A stretch of 64,000 nt of DNA, from NCBI GenBank assembly GCA_047602425.1, contig JASGHG010000001.1, positions 896,001-960,000 on the forward strand. Direction: 5' to 3'. Positions within the stretch are counted from its first letter, which is position 1. Each line of letters starts with the position of its first letter. Below are positions 47,806 to 58,185 of this stretch, piece after piece. The DNA is from Nibricoccus sp. GTDB taxonomy: Bacteria > Verrucomicrobiota > Verrucomicrobiia > Opitutales > Opitutaceae. The notes under the pieces are model-generated. The model saw nothing but the letters and a program-made list of their open reading frames with translations, was not told where the DNA came from and made no database searches. The translations under genes were made by a program, and so were the position numbers.

Positions 47806-49755
47806 TTAACGCAGACGTTGAATGACGCGGGCGACTTCGCGGTTAGCCAACCAATCGCTCAGGAGCAAACTGCGCGAATGCTGAATCAGGCGTTCGAGGT
47901 CTCGCAGCGGCTCGTCGTAGGTCTTGTGCAAGGGCAACTCGGTCGGATCGTTGAAATCGGGAGCGTGACTGAACACGCCTGCACCAGGAAAGAAACGAGC
48001 CAGCGTGGCCACCGCATCCCACCAAAGCTCCATCGGAACCCAGCGGTACCCCTCCTCAGGCGTCGCACAGCCATGCCCGTGGTGCTGCGGCCCGAGGGCG
48101 GCGTGCCAGCGAGCATCCGCCAAAGCGAGTTGCTGCGCACGCTGTGCGGCTGTCAGGCCATCCACCCGACCCATCGCACGCGCCAGGCTCAGAACTTCGT
48201 CAATCGATTCCGCGAGCGAGTGGCGCGCGTGGGTCAGCAGGATTCGCGTGCCGATGACCCCAAGCGAATACAAATCCTGCCGCGCTCCAAGATGAGCAAC
48301 CGTTTCAAATCGTACATTCCGGAATACGTGGCCCTCCATGCGGCTCAAGGTGGCGTGCACCGTGGCAGACCATGCTGACGGGAATGAACGAAACCGCCGT
48401 TCGTGCACGCTGAGTGCTTCAGCGGTATCGAGCTGTCCGTACACCGCCACCGAACCTTCGCCGACCATCGGCAACTCGAAACAAAGCAAATCGGAGTCCC
48501 GGACCGAAAGATATTCGTCGGTCGCAATCGTGGCTTCCAAGATAAACCGATCGGCTTCCGTAATCAGTTTCCGAATACGGAGTGCGCACTCGCCCTTGGC
48601 CTGCGGGGTACCGAGGGGGGCGCTGTAGATCATGGAGCGTGGTTCGGCTAGGCGTTGGAAACGGCGCTTCTCCGTCGCGGGCAGCGGGATGACACGGGCC
48701 AAGGAAGCGTCCACCAGTGAGGCGCGCGCCGTCCACAGGATTGGCAGTTCGGATGCCGGCGCCGCAAAATCCACCCTGAACGATGCAGACGAGAGTCCCA
48801 ACATCGGCATCTGAAGCGATTCCGTGCTGGCCTGCACTGCCTTCACGATTTGCGCAAAGAGCATCAGCTTGAGATGAAATGTTTCGAGAAACCGCCCGGC
48901 GAGGCCTCGCGTCGTCGGGATGAAAAAAGCCCCGCTTTGTTGCAATTGATCACAGGCATCCAGCGGCGGTTCGTTTGAAGGATCGACGAATACAAAAGGC
49001 GAACTGGTGTTATTTCGGCCCAAACCACGACCGCTGAGAAAATCGGCGTAGGTATCGAGGTCAAAGGGGGCATGACGTCGTATCAGCATGCGGCCCGCCT
49101 GCGGGTTAACAGCCAGCAGGCCATTGGCCGGGGCCGCCCATGACGGCACAGTTTGGATCAGGGCGGAATCCCCCGAAACCAAAAGAAAACCGTCCTGCGG
49201 CCGGCCCTTCCGCCACAAATACCGCGCAGCCGAACCAGCGTATGACGGTAATTTTTCGGCGCTCAAGGCGGCTTCGTTCGTGCACAGCTCGATGTCCGCA
49301 TATTCGCCCGAGGTTGGAGGCCAGGATTCGCTTCGCTCGACATCCAACCAGAGAGGTTGCGTCGCACTACATTCACAACCCGTGACCAGCACCTTGGCGC
49401 GATCGGTGAGCAACATGCTTTTCACCAAGGCGTCCCAGCGTGCATCGAGAGCTGCGTTGATGCAGTCAGAACCTATGCGTTGGTTGTGGGCGGGGTTTGG
49501 TGGAGTTTGCAACCAAATCTCAAGCCACTCGCGCACAGCGCCGCCTCGGTCGATAAGCGCGGCCAGTAGCACACGCACGTCCACACAAGTTCTAAGCAAG
49601 ACCGGCGCCCACGGCTCTTCGTCCGCGCTGCGCGAAAGGGCAAGATGCACTTCCAGCCACGCGCCTCCGTTTCTCAGCGGAATAAATCGCAAGTCATGGC
49701 GCTCTCCGAGCGGGCTTACGGGGGAAGCGAGGCGAAATTGGCCGTCGAGAATCAT
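47806..49755 (-). CDS. T6SS-associated hypothetical protein, possible pseudokinase
   Basis: 649-aa co-oriented ORF; DLYSLGV kinase subdomain-IX-like motif. Confidence 0.65.
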   Translation of the reverse strand: MILDGQFRLASPVSPLGERHDLRFIPLRNGGAWLEVHLALSRSADEEPWAPVLLRTCVDVRVLLAALIDRGGAVREWLEIWLQTPPNPAHNQRIGSDCINAALDARWDALVKSMLLTDRAKVLVTGCECSATQPLWLDVERSESWPPTSGEYADIELCTNEAALSAEKLPSYAGSAARYLWRKGRPQDGFLLVSGDSALIQTVPSWAAPANGLLAVNPQAGRMLIRRHAPFDLDTYADFLSGRGLGRNNTSSPFVFVDPSNEPPLDACDQLQQSGAFFIPTTRGLAGRFLETFHLKLMLFAQIVKAVQASTESLQMPMLGLSSASFRVDFAAPASELPILWTARASLVDASLARVIPLPATEKRRFQRLAEPRSMIYSAPLGTPQAKGECALRIRKLITEADRFILEATIATDEYLSVRDSDLLCFELPMVGEGSVAVYGQLDTAEALSVHERRFRSFPSAWSATVHATLSRMEGHVFRNVRFETVAHLGARQDLYSLGVIGTRILLTHARHSLAESIDEVLSLARAMGRVDGLTAAQRAQQLALADARWHAALGPQHHGHGCATPEEGYRWVPMELWWDAVATLARFFPGAGVFSHAPDFNDPTELPLHKTYDEPLRDLERLIQHSRSLLLSDWLANREVARVIQRLR

Positions 49756-49764
49756 GGGGCAAAA

Positions 49765-50475
49765 TCAGCGGGTGAGTAAAAAAGCTGCGGCAATCCCGAT
49801 CCATGCGGTGATACCAAAACCAAGGGGCTTTCCCCAATCCGTCCGCCAGGCGGCCTCGAAAGTCCGCGCGTTTAGAAAATTTCGATGCGGAATTGCGCCC
49901 GTGAAGCACCAACCGATAAAAAGAGCCACGTACCCAATTCCCCAATACAGCAGGGGTCCACAGGGAATCGCCGCAAAATACAATGAAAGGGCTGCCACGA
50001 CCGCCAAGGTCCAGACTGCGATCCAGAACCACGAAATACCTCTCCAAACGGTCTCGGATGTCGCGCGATGATTTTGCGCCATCAACACCGAACCCATCAG
50101 GGGCGTAAAAAAGACCGACAGGCCAAAATACATCGCGGGTGACCAGATCGAGATGCGCGGTCGGTGATCCGGCTGCGCCCAAAATGACAGCGTGCCCGGC
50201 GTACCGGCACTACGGTTGGGCGAGTTCGGGTCTTTCCTTGGCTCCAGCAACTGGGTTTGGTTTGTCGAGCCATTGGCAAGTCGCGTCTTGGGTGTCGCCG
50301 GGACAATCACTCCGGGCAAATCCTTCACTTTTTCCCAACGGGGCATGCCCTTGACCCAGTATTGATCGTCGGGCATCACTTCACCGCTGGCGAGGCCTAG
50401 GTTCACTTCGGAAAGCGACATCGGACGCGAAGATTGGCCGGGAGTCGCAATTTGGTATTTTCCTGAATTCAACAT
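49765..50475 (-). CDS. GYF_2 (DUF4339) domain membrane protein
   Basis: MSLSEV..GEVMPDDQYWVKGMPRW; C-terminal TM helices. Confidence 0.75.
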   Translation of the reverse strand: MLNSGKYQIATPGQSSRPMSLSEVNLGLASGEVMPDDQYWVKGMPRWEKVKDLPGVIVPATPKTRLANGSTNQTQLLEPRKDPNSPNRSAGTPGTLSFWAQPDHRPRISIWSPAMYFGLSVFFTPLMGSVLMAQNHRATSETVWRGISWFWIAVWTLAVVAALSLYFAAIPCGPLLYWGIGYVALFIGWCFTGAIPHRNFLNARTFEAAWRTDWGKPLGFGITAWIGIAAAFLLTR

Positions 50476-50490
50476 GAGGGAAGTGGTTTT

Positions 50491-51639
50491 TTAATCGCCG
50501 GCAAAAACGGGGAACGATCGCGCCTTCGATGCGCCAAAAAGCCGCCAAAACAAGCCCTTGCCGCTGGCGCGGGCGCCGTCGAGCCGAACCAACGCTTCAG
50601 ACAAATTTTTCAAGGACAGTTGTCCGTTGAAAAGCGAAGTTTGCGGGATCTGATGATTGGCAAGTTCAGTCAATTTCTGTGTGAGCAAAGGTTCGAGGCG
50701 CGGAATCGGTTTTCTCGATTGGTCCGTCACGAGTGGAATGTGACGGCAGCCGGCGCGCATCCTGAACATATCGCCACCGCCAGGCTGTCCGACCATGAAG
50801 TCCGCCCACGAGCCACCCGTCGGCATGATGGCCAACAGCGGCACCCCCGGATCTAATTCGCTCAACAGAAGCGCAGACCAGGCATTGATCGTCGCCGCCA
50901 CCGAATTATTGATCGCAGGCAAACGCATGCCCTGGGCACGTGGGGCCTGGGAAAGCGACTTGTAGTTCAAAATGCCGGGCGCGAAGGGACTGAAACGTTC
51001 CACGATGTCGTGGTAAACCGGATACAACAGCAGGCCGTCTTCACGGATCCGTTGCGACATGACGTCAAGGCCCGTCGTGCCAAGAAATCCAGCCGCATCG
51101 CGGACGGAAGAATCGGGATGCGCGTTGCGGAGGTTGTCCAGCGTCTCAGTGACCGTCGAAATGACGCGCCCCGAGGTCGTCGCCGCTTTCAGGGCGGAAA
51201 ACAAGTACTCGAACATGGGCATCACCGAACTCCAAACCCAGCTCAGGGGTAAATCGACCATGTGCGCGCAGAGAACCATCGGATAGAGGCTGCGCCCCTT
51301 GCCGTCTTTCGACGACGAAATGTAACCGAGCAGGCATTCCCGCGGCCGCAACCAGAGGAACCAGTGATCAAATTCCGGAAGGCGGTCCGCCGCCGGAAGC
51401 TTTTCCCACGTCTGCGCCTCGATTTCCGCACGAATCCCCTGCTGGTAGAGAATTTGTTTAGCGATTACAAGTGATTCGGTTTCCAGTCCAAAATCGAAAT
51501 GATCGTTCCATCCGGGGTGCTTGCCAAAGGCCCCCAGATAGATGCGCGGTCCGGCCGGGCGGTCCGACCAGTCTTCATTCAGGAAATCAGCGAGAAATTT
51601 CATTTTATCACGCGTGGTCGCTTCCGTGGTTAGGGCCAT
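50491..51639 (-). CDS. tagF: TagF-like T6SS-associated protein
   Basis: GAFGKHPGWNDH and SSKDGKGR..YP motifs; immediately after tssM. Confidence 0.7.
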   Translation of the reverse strand: MALTTEATTRDKMKFLADFLNEDWSDRPAGPRIYLGAFGKHPGWNDHFDFGLETESLVIAKQILYQQGIRAEIEAQTWEKLPAADRLPEFDHWFLWLRPRECLLGYISSSKDGKGRSLYPMVLCAHMVDLPLSWVWSSVMPMFEYLFSALKAATTSGRVISTVTETLDNLRNAHPDSSVRDAAGFLGTTGLDVMSQRIREDGLLLYPVYHDIVERFSPFAPGILNYKSLSQAPRAQGMRLPAINNSVAATINAWSALLLSELDPGVPLLAIMPTGGSWADFMVGQPGGGDMFRMRAGCRHIPLVTDQSRKPIPRLEPLLTQKLTELANHQIPQTSLFNGQLSLKNLSEALVRLDGARASGKGLFWRLFGASKARSFPVFAGD

Positions 51640-54600
51640 TGATCAACCGGGGGAATCGGCTGTTCGAATTGAAGGGTCAAAACGAAGTAGCTGCGTGTTT
51701 CGCCCGTTGCTACCTCGATGGGGCAAAGCCAGGTCTTGCCTCCGTCCGTTGCCAGGCAGTTTTTCTCCTGGGCGATCAGGCGCAAAGGACCCCAGGATCC
51801 TGTGACCGCCGCACGCGCATCCGCCTTGGGTTTTGTTTCAGCACCGACGAAGAACTCGCATTCCGGCAAGGCTTCCGAACCCAGGATCGCAGTGATGTCC
51901 GAGGCCGTGGCGACTTGGGTTCGCACCGCTTTGCTACCCAGCCTCAGGGTGCGGAAGCGATTACCCGCAAATGCGTCCGCAAAGGACAAACTCGGGGCAA
52001 TTTTCTCCAACAACCGTCTCTGATCGGTAAGGCTGGCGACGCCGATCTTCACCGTGCAACCCAGTCCGCTTGGTTTTGCAACATTGCGAACGAAATCCGT
52101 AACCTGGCTGATGCGCGCGGCAAGCCGTGTGTAGGCGGTTTTCGCCGATTCGGGAACGCTTTCAACCTTGCCGTCGGCAACGGCGTTCTGGAGGTCCGCA
52201 TACAACTCACGCATTTGAGCTTCCTTCATTCCGCCAGCTCCGCGAATGACCGGAAAACCAGCTTTGTTAACCAGCAACTGCTCAAGTTCGCGGGAGTATT
52301 TTTCCACAAGATTAACCGGACCCGAAATGCTTGAGCGCTTCTGAAGCAATCCGGCGGCGCGCATGAACTCGGAGCGCAGTTCGCCCTCGTATTTCATGGT
52401 CCGGGCGTTGATGGCGCTCAAGGCGGCCTGCTGTTCAGAAAAGGCGGCGCCAAGGCGGCCGAGCAGATTCGCCGTGCTCTCGGTGCGCACGTACATCTGC
52501 GCCAGCCAATCCCGATACACTCCAAACCGGTAAGAATAAACGCGGTCCGAGGTACCGGCGGCCGGCACCGTGGCCTCCATGTCCAGCTTGGGGATGCTGC
52601 TCATTTCGCCAGGGGTGAGCGATTGTTGGTAGGCCTCGTCAATGGTTCGGTCGACCTCGGCAAGACGGCGTCGAATCTCGATGAAGAGTGGTAGATCGGG
52701 CGGCCGGGGGGATTTCTTTTCCAAACCGGCGGGATCGACGCAAGCCGCGGCAATCGAACGGGCGGCGGCGCGGCTGCGTTCACGCGCGTGTTCGAACATC
52801 GCTTGGTACGCGCTCTTCAGCGTGAAAAGACTGGAGGGCATACCGTCGAGCGCGGCGGTGCGATTCAACATTTCCTCAACTGTGCTGCGGCTGGCCGCCA
52901 TCGCGTCATAAGCGGTATCCACTTCCAACTGCCAGCGTTCGTTATCCACAGCGCTGTGCACGGCGCGAAGGAAGTCGCGCTCACGGGACAAGTGATGCTC
53001 AACGGCCAGACGCGTGTTACGGATCAAATCCACGCCCATTTGCTGGTCGGCGCGCACATTGCGCACGGCATTCGTGAACGTGCTCCAGCCTTGTTCCAGC
53101 GGACGGTTTTCCTCGAAGGACCGCCCGGCCGACAGCCATTGCAAAGGCCAGGGATTTCTTCCGGATTGCAATGTCGCGTCGAAAACGCGCGCGAGTTCAT
53201 GCGGTACAGGTTTGAGCCCAAGCCAGGGTTGCAGCGCAGCGTGGAAGAAATGTCCCGGATCGGTCCGTTGCTCAACGCCCACCAATTTCCCAGTGCTGTT
53301 GCGTTGGTTGATCATGCCTTCGAGCTTGAGAAGAAAGGCCATGCGGCTGGCGTTGATGTCGTCCCAGCCCACGTTTACATCGAGCAGAGTTTCACGCATG
53401 GAGGTAATGAGTGGTTCCACCACGCTGCGTTCATACACCACGCGTTGTGCCTGCCGTCGCATGGTATCCAAACCCACGACCATGTTTTCCATCGGCTTGA
53501 AAACCCACGGCACAGACATGTCTTTGCTCGCGAGTTTTTCGAGTTCGTCGTGGAAATTGACGACCGTGCACGACTTTCCGCCCACCTTGACGAGGTCGTC
53601 ACCCGTGTAGCGCCATTCTCCCGGAGTCTTTGAGGGTTCGACGATCGGGTGCCAGCGGGCGCCGGTCCATCCGCTGGCCGCCGTCTGCCAGTAGTCGAGT
53701 TCGGAACCGACGCTGTTTTTCAAGGCCGATGTGCCAATCCAAGAAACGAGCATGAGCAGCGCCAACCCTGCCGCAGCAATAGTGCCGAGAATCGTGTAAC
53801 GACGACGCATGATAGCGCGTGTATCCGACGCGTCGGTGACGAGGCCTTTTTCGCAAAAGATCTTTTGCATGAAAACGTCACGCAGGAAAAACGAGCGGTT
53901 TCTGTCCCAAGCTTTTTGTTCGGGAAGATGATCGACCGGAATGCCAAGCGCGCTGGCCAGTTCGACATCGAGCGCCTTGCCCTCGATAAGAGCGGAGGTA
54001 AAATAGATTCCGCGCAGGAAAAGCGGCTTTTGTGTCCATTCACCGGATACAAAAACAACATCAAGATACTGTTTCAGCCGGGGCGCGATCGCTCCCACGC
54101 TGGCGGGAAAATCGAAGAACGAATCCACCTCGTCGATACGACGGCCTCCGGTGGTGGCCGGTACCGGGTCCCGCATCAGGAGCAAGCGGCGCTTGCGCAA
54201 ACGGGCGGTCACGGAATCGATGAACGAGGTCACCAGATCGGGCCGGAAGGGAACATCCAGTGGCTCGGGATTCGACCAACCCAGCATCTGCTGCTGCATC
54301 TGCTGATCGTTGATGTTGGCGAAAAATTCGCGGAAGCCGTAAATCAAATCGCATTTCGTGATCAGCACGAAAACAGGAAAACGAACATCCAGGACCTTCT
54401 GAATTTGTTCCAGCTGGCGGACGATGCGACCCGCCTTGCGTTGAATCTCGTCCGAGCTGTCCTTCAACAAACTTTCGGCCGGGATGACCAGGAGCAGTCC
54501 GTTGATCGGGCAATTTTTGCGATGCGTTTTCAGCAGCTTGAGGAATTCCGTCCATTCCGAAGTTCCTCCAGGCTGCGCCTCGTGGAAAAGCATTTTGCCC

Positions 54601-55109
54601 GCGGTATCCAGGAGAACGGCATGATTGGTAAACCACCAATGCATGTTGATTGTACCGCCCACGCCTTGCATCTCGTCTTGCAATCCCGGGGGAAAACCGA
54701 CGCTGCTATGGCGAATGGTTTCGGTTTTTCCCGAACCTGGTTCTCCGCAAACCAAATACCAAGGCAAGCTGTAGAGGTCTTTGCCCGCATCGTTGAAAGC
54801 TTTCAGTCCTTTTTCGAAAACTTCGCGCAAATCCGCCAGTCGCGCCCGCTGCGAGGGATCCGAGATCGAGCCCGTCAAACTGTTGGCTCGGTCGAGTCCT
54901 GTGCTGAAGGCCTGGCTGGCTTGTTTGGTTTTCCAACGTCGATAGAGGAAAAAGCCACCTGCCAGAAGGCCAACAAAGACAAGCGCGCCCAAGACGAACC
55001 AAACCGCCCTGAAATCGATCAGTGCGACGATGCCGAGCACGATGAGCACCGCGACCACGATGATCAGAATTCTAAGACCCAAGGGGAGACGTAACCATTT
55101 TTGCCACAT
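51630..55109 (-). CDS. tssM: T6SS membrane protein TssM/IcmF
   Basis: LPWYLVCGEPGSGKT, WWFT..LDTAG, PINGLL, TKCDL..GF.EFF, LRGIYFTS. Confidence 0.93.
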   Translation of the reverse strand: MWQKWLRLPLGLRILIIVVAVLIVLGIVALIDFRAVWFVLGALVFVGLLAGGFFLYRRWKTKQASQAFSTGLDRANSLTGSISDPSQRARLADLREVFEKGLKAFNDAGKDLYSLPWYLVCGEPGSGKTETIRHSSVGFPPGLQDEMQGVGGTINMHWWFTNHAVLLDTAGKMLFHEAQPGGTSEWTEFLKLLKTHRKNCPINGLLLVIPAESLLKDSSDEIQRKAGRIVRQLEQIQKVLDVRFPVFVLITKCDLIYGFREFFANINDQQMQQQMLGWSNPEPLDVPFRPDLVTSFIDSVTARLRKRRLLLMRDPVPATTGGRRIDEVDSFFDFPASVGAIAPRLKQYLDVVFVSGEWTQKPLFLRGIYFTSALIEGKALDVELASALGIPVDHLPEQKAWDRNRSFFLRDVFMQKIFCEKGLVTDASDTRAIMRRRYTILGTIAAAGLALLMLVSWIGTSALKNSVGSELDYWQTAASGWTGARWHPIVEPSKTPGEWRYTGDDLVKVGGKSCTVVNFHDELEKLASKDMSVPWVFKPMENMVVGLDTMRRQAQRVVYERSVVEPLITSMRETLLDVNVGWDDINASRMAFLLKLEGMINQRNSTGKLVGVEQRTDPGHFFHAALQPWLGLKPVPHELARVFDATLQSGRNPWPLQWLSAGRSFEENRPLEQGWSTFTNAVRNVRADQQMGVDLIRNTRLAVEHHLSRERDFLRAVHSAVDNERWQLEVDTAYDAMAASRSTVEEMLNRTAALDGMPSSLFTLKSAYQAMFEHARERSRAAARSIAAACVDPAGLEKKSPRPPDLPLFIEIRRRLAEVDRTIDEAYQQSLTPGEMSSIPKLDMEATVPAAGTSDRVYSYRFGVYRDWLAQMYVRTESTANLLGRLGAAFSEQQAALSAINARTMKYEGELRSEFMRAAGLLQKRSSISGPVNLVEKYSRELEQLLVNKAGFPVIRGAGGMKEAQMRELYADLQNAVADGKVESVPESAKTAYTRLAARISQVTDFVRNVAKPSGLGCTVKIGVASLTDQRRLLEKIAPSLSFADAFAGNRFRTLRLGSKAVRTQVATASDITAILGSEALPECEFFVGAETKPKADARAAVTGSWGPLRLIAQEKNCLATDGGKTWLCPIEVATGETRSYFVLTLQFEQPIPPVDQWP

Positions 55110-55123
55110 GGAAAATCCTTTGT

Positions 55124-55828
55124 TCAGCGTTGCGCGCCCTTACGGCTTTGATCGTGTTCCACGATCGTGTTTAGCGCATCGTGAATATCGGTCGATGAAC
55201 GCTTGAAGAGATAGAAGTTCAATCCGCCGACCAGCACGACCAGCCCCACAATGATGAGCACCAAAGGTGTCACACTTTCGCTTACCGGTAGAGGCAAGTT
55301 CGTCGTGTCCGTATGCCGGTAGGCGTCGGGAGTAACGAGGGTTTGTTCATCCGGTTCGATGTAGTTCGTGATGCGCTGGGCCACCTGACGCATTTTCTTC
55401 CTCAAATACTCCGGCTGCAGCTGGTACCAGCCGGTAAAACCGAGACCGATGCATGTATAAAACACGGCGAGGCGCTCTTCCGCGTCCGCACCTTGTTGCG
55501 CAAGATTTTCATCGATGATGTCGAAGAATTTTTCGTCGCCCGCGAGTTCGTTGCGCTCGTAGGCGAGACGTTTTTGGTTCCATTGCGCGGCAAACGGCAG
55601 GGAACTCTCGGCGATCAGGGAATCGACGAAAAAGATAAGGGCTAGTTCGACCTTTTTATATTGCTCGGCCAGGCCCGGACTTTCGCGTGAGGCGGCGGCG
55701 GCTTTGGCAAGCAACTCCCGGACTTCCGTCCGCACGATATCGTGGTCGGTGGGCTGCCCCGAGCGTGCCAGCCGGTTGAGGCGGCATACATAGTTGAACA
55801 GAGGTTCACAAAGTTCGATCAGTGTCAT
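55124..55828 (-). CDS. tssL: T6SS TssL/DotU
   Basis: ALIFFVD, AGDEKFF, CIGLGF.G, C-terminal TM. Confidence 0.9.
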   Translation of the reverse strand: MTLIELCEPLFNYVCRLNRLARSGQPTDHDIVRTEVRELLAKAAAASRESPGLAEQYKKVELALIFFVDSLIAESSLPFAAQWNQKRLAYERNELAGDEKFFDIIDENLAQQGADAEERLAVFYTCIGLGFTGWYQLQPEYLRKKMRQVAQRITNYIEPDEQTLVTPDAYRHTDTTNLPLPVSESVTPLVLIIVGLVVLVGGLNFYLFKRSSTDIHDALNTIVEHDQSRKGAQR

Positions 55829-55843
55829 GGCGATAAGCGCTGG

Positions 55844-57205
55844 TTATCCGGCTATGGTCATGTAGAGGGTTACCTGGAGGTCCGAGGCCGCCATGTTGGG
55901 CCACCGGACGATGACCGATTTCTCGGCCTGAATTTGCTGCCAGATGCGTGCACTGTCCGACCGGATGCACCGGAAATAGGTCAATCCCGCCTGGGCCGGC
56001 AATTGCAGCGGCGCCACCCTCTCCTCCTTCAACAGCATGCCACGCACCGCGCGATTCGCCAGGCTGCGAGGCATGAATTTGAATTGATCCGGATCCTCAA
56101 CGAGCCGGATAACCTCGCGCGGGTCCTGTTTCGATTTGATCGCAAGGTAGTATTCGATCGGGCGCGTGAGGTGCTCTTCGCTGAGCACCGTGGCGAGATG
56201 GGTTTCTTCGGTGGTAAACTCGAGCCGGAGGAAGCTCGCACCGCCCGCGTTCTTCAACAAAGCCCGCGTGCGAACATCGATATCGTTGAACGAGCGCGCG
56301 AGTTCGTCGTGGTCGTAGTAAGCCGCCTCGTAATCGGCGCGCTCAGGATGCAGCGCGGTCAGCTCCGCATAGAGACTGCGCAGTTCGAGGTGCCAGGAAA
56401 ATGGCGAAACTCTCCCCATCTCCAAAAGCGCGTTAAGCCGGGCGATCCCGCGGCGCAGCGTGCGCAGGCGCAGCAGTTGTTCGAATTGTATTCCTCGCAT
56501 CGTGTCCACGGCGAAACCGCCACGAGTCAGCACAACGGCAAGTTCCTTGCTGCTGACTTCGATCTGGTTGACGAGATCCCGGACCTTCTTGTGAAGCAGC
56601 GGCGAGCTTTCGAGAAACAGGCAGGGCGGCACGAATTCAACGTCGATGCGCGGTGTGCCGAGATTTTCGCCCGCCACGCGCAAAATCCGGATAAGCGGAA
56701 TCGCCTCGATGTCCGAACGGTCCTCGCGCTCGGTGATCAGTCGCGCATTCAAGCGCCGCATGTAAACCGGTTTTGGGTTTTCGCCCGTGTTTTCGTCGAA
56801 CAGCGTCATTTCACGCGGCACATACGTCAACTTCACGCGAGGATCGACGTGCGCGCCGATTTCAAAGGCATTCGCGCGCTTTGACTGCCACAACGGAACG
56901 GCCAGCGAAATCAGAAACGAATTTTCGCCCGTCGCAAAAAGCGGTTTCAGATCGAGGTCCGGCAGATCGGCGTTTTCAAAAGCCGATACAACCAAACCAG
57001 ACGGCATCACCACTTTCAACTTTTCGAAACGCAACCGATAATTCGCGAGTTCGTCCTGGGAAACTTCGGTTTCCCAAATACCGTATGCTTTTGGCAGGCT
57101 CAAGCGTCGAACCTCGGCAATCTCATCCGACATGCCGTGCTGCAAGTGTTGCAGATGATGCGGAAGCAGGAAGAGACCTTCGTGCCAGTGAAGTTGTGGA
57201 CTCAT
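55844..57205 (-). CDS. tssK: T6SS baseplate TssK
   Basis: WHEGLFLLPHHLQ, MPSG, FVPPCL, YDH. Confidence 0.93.
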   Translation of the reverse strand: MSPQLHWHEGLFLLPHHLQHLQHGMSDEIAEVRRLSLPKAYGIWETEVSQDELANYRLRFEKLKVVMPSGLVVSAFENADLPDLDLKPLFATGENSFLISLAVPLWQSKRANAFEIGAHVDPRVKLTYVPREMTLFDENTGENPKPVYMRRLNARLITEREDRSDIEAIPLIRILRVAGENLGTPRIDVEFVPPCLFLESSPLLHKKVRDLVNQIEVSSKELAVVLTRGGFAVDTMRGIQFEQLLRLRTLRRGIARLNALLEMGRVSPFSWHLELRSLYAELTALHPERADYEAAYYDHDELARSFNDIDVRTRALLKNAGGASFLRLEFTTEETHLATVLSEEHLTRPIEYYLAIKSKQDPREVIRLVEDPDQFKFMPRSLANRAVRGMLLKEERVAPLQLPAQAGLTYFRCIRSDSARIWQQIQAEKSVIVRWPNMAASDLQVTLYMTIAG

Positions 57206-57249
57206 GTTTGGATGCGTTTAATTGTTTGTTTAAATTGGTTTTGTGATGC

Positions 57250-58185
57250 TCAACGGTTTTCGCCCCGGGCGAGCTCCTCGGTAAGCCGCACCAGATGCTC
57301 GCGGATGTCGGCTTCAATCGTCGCTTCAGTGAGTTGGGCGGTTCGCTCGGTATAACGCTGCCAGGCACGTGCCTCTGGATTACCGAACAACCCGGGCTTG
57401 CCCTCGGCGCGAACCACTTCGCGAATCGCGTCCGGCGAATAATGCGCTTGGTAGGTGTGCGCAAAACCGCGTCCCACCGCATCGAGCGAAGCCAGCAACG
57501 CAGAGAGCAACTGCCGTGTTTTTTCGATCTGTTGGTAAACTTGCGTGGACGACGATTCCATTTCCCCAACAAGCGACCGGCGCATCAAGATCCGCAGTTC
57601 TGGCACCATGTGATCGCGGCGCAGTCCGGATTTCGGCGCAATCGAGCGCCATACATTCCAAGTCAATTGATCCAAAATGCTCGCCATTTCCGCCAATAAA
57701 GCAAAGAGACGGCCCAGTCGTTGCGGATCGATTTTGTCCGAGGAATTCAGCTTCAGCCGACTCTGGATTTCCACCAACGCCTCCCCGTCGATCACGCGGC
57801 CGGTTTCTTTCACCAGGCCCGCTTTCGCCAGGCGGTCGGCAATGGTGGCACGACGCTCCGGCGTGAGCTGGGGAGCGACTGCACAAAGCGCCGTCACGAG
57901 TTCGTCGGGCGTCTGCGGTGTCGGGGCCGCACCCGCCGCGTCGAAACTCACGGTCGCCATTTGCCAGGTGGGAAACCGTTCGGCAAGTGCGTCGAGATAT
58001 CCGCGGCGCTTGTTGCCCGGTATGGGTTGCAGTGCACGAGAAATTTCCTCCCCCAACCGCGCTTCACGGGCTTCCACCGTTTCTTCCGCCAGTGATGCCT
58101 GAAGATACGACAAACGCTTCGCGAGCGCCTCGGCCCAAAGGCCGGCTTGCGTGTCGGATGAGATCGTAGAGGTGACGGCGCTCAT
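57250..58185 (-). CDS. T6SS-associated protein resembling the TagH/Fha C-terminal domain
   Basis: YSPDAIRE..LFGNPEARAWQRY resembles Fha C-terminus; no FHA GR/SRxH motif seen. Confidence 0.6.
   Translation of the reverse strand: MSAVTSTISSDTQAGLWAEALAKRLSYLQASLAEETVEAREARLGEEISRALQPIPGNKRRGYLDALAERFPTWQMATVSFDAAGAAPTPQTPDELVTALCAVAPQLTPERRATIADRLAKAGLVKETGRVIDGEALVEIQSRLKLNSSDKIDPQRLGRLFALLAEMASILDQLTWNVWRSIAPKSGLRRDHMVPELRILMRRSLVGEMESSSTQVYQQIEKTRQLLSALLASLDAVGRGFAHTYQAHYSPDAIREVVRAEGKPGLFGNPEARAWQRYTERTAQLTEATIEADIREHLVRLTEELARGENR

Noticed and set aside
53649..56884. 481-aa and 380-aa plus-strand ORFs
   Set aside because: Antisense to tssM and tssK; typical high-GC shadow frames
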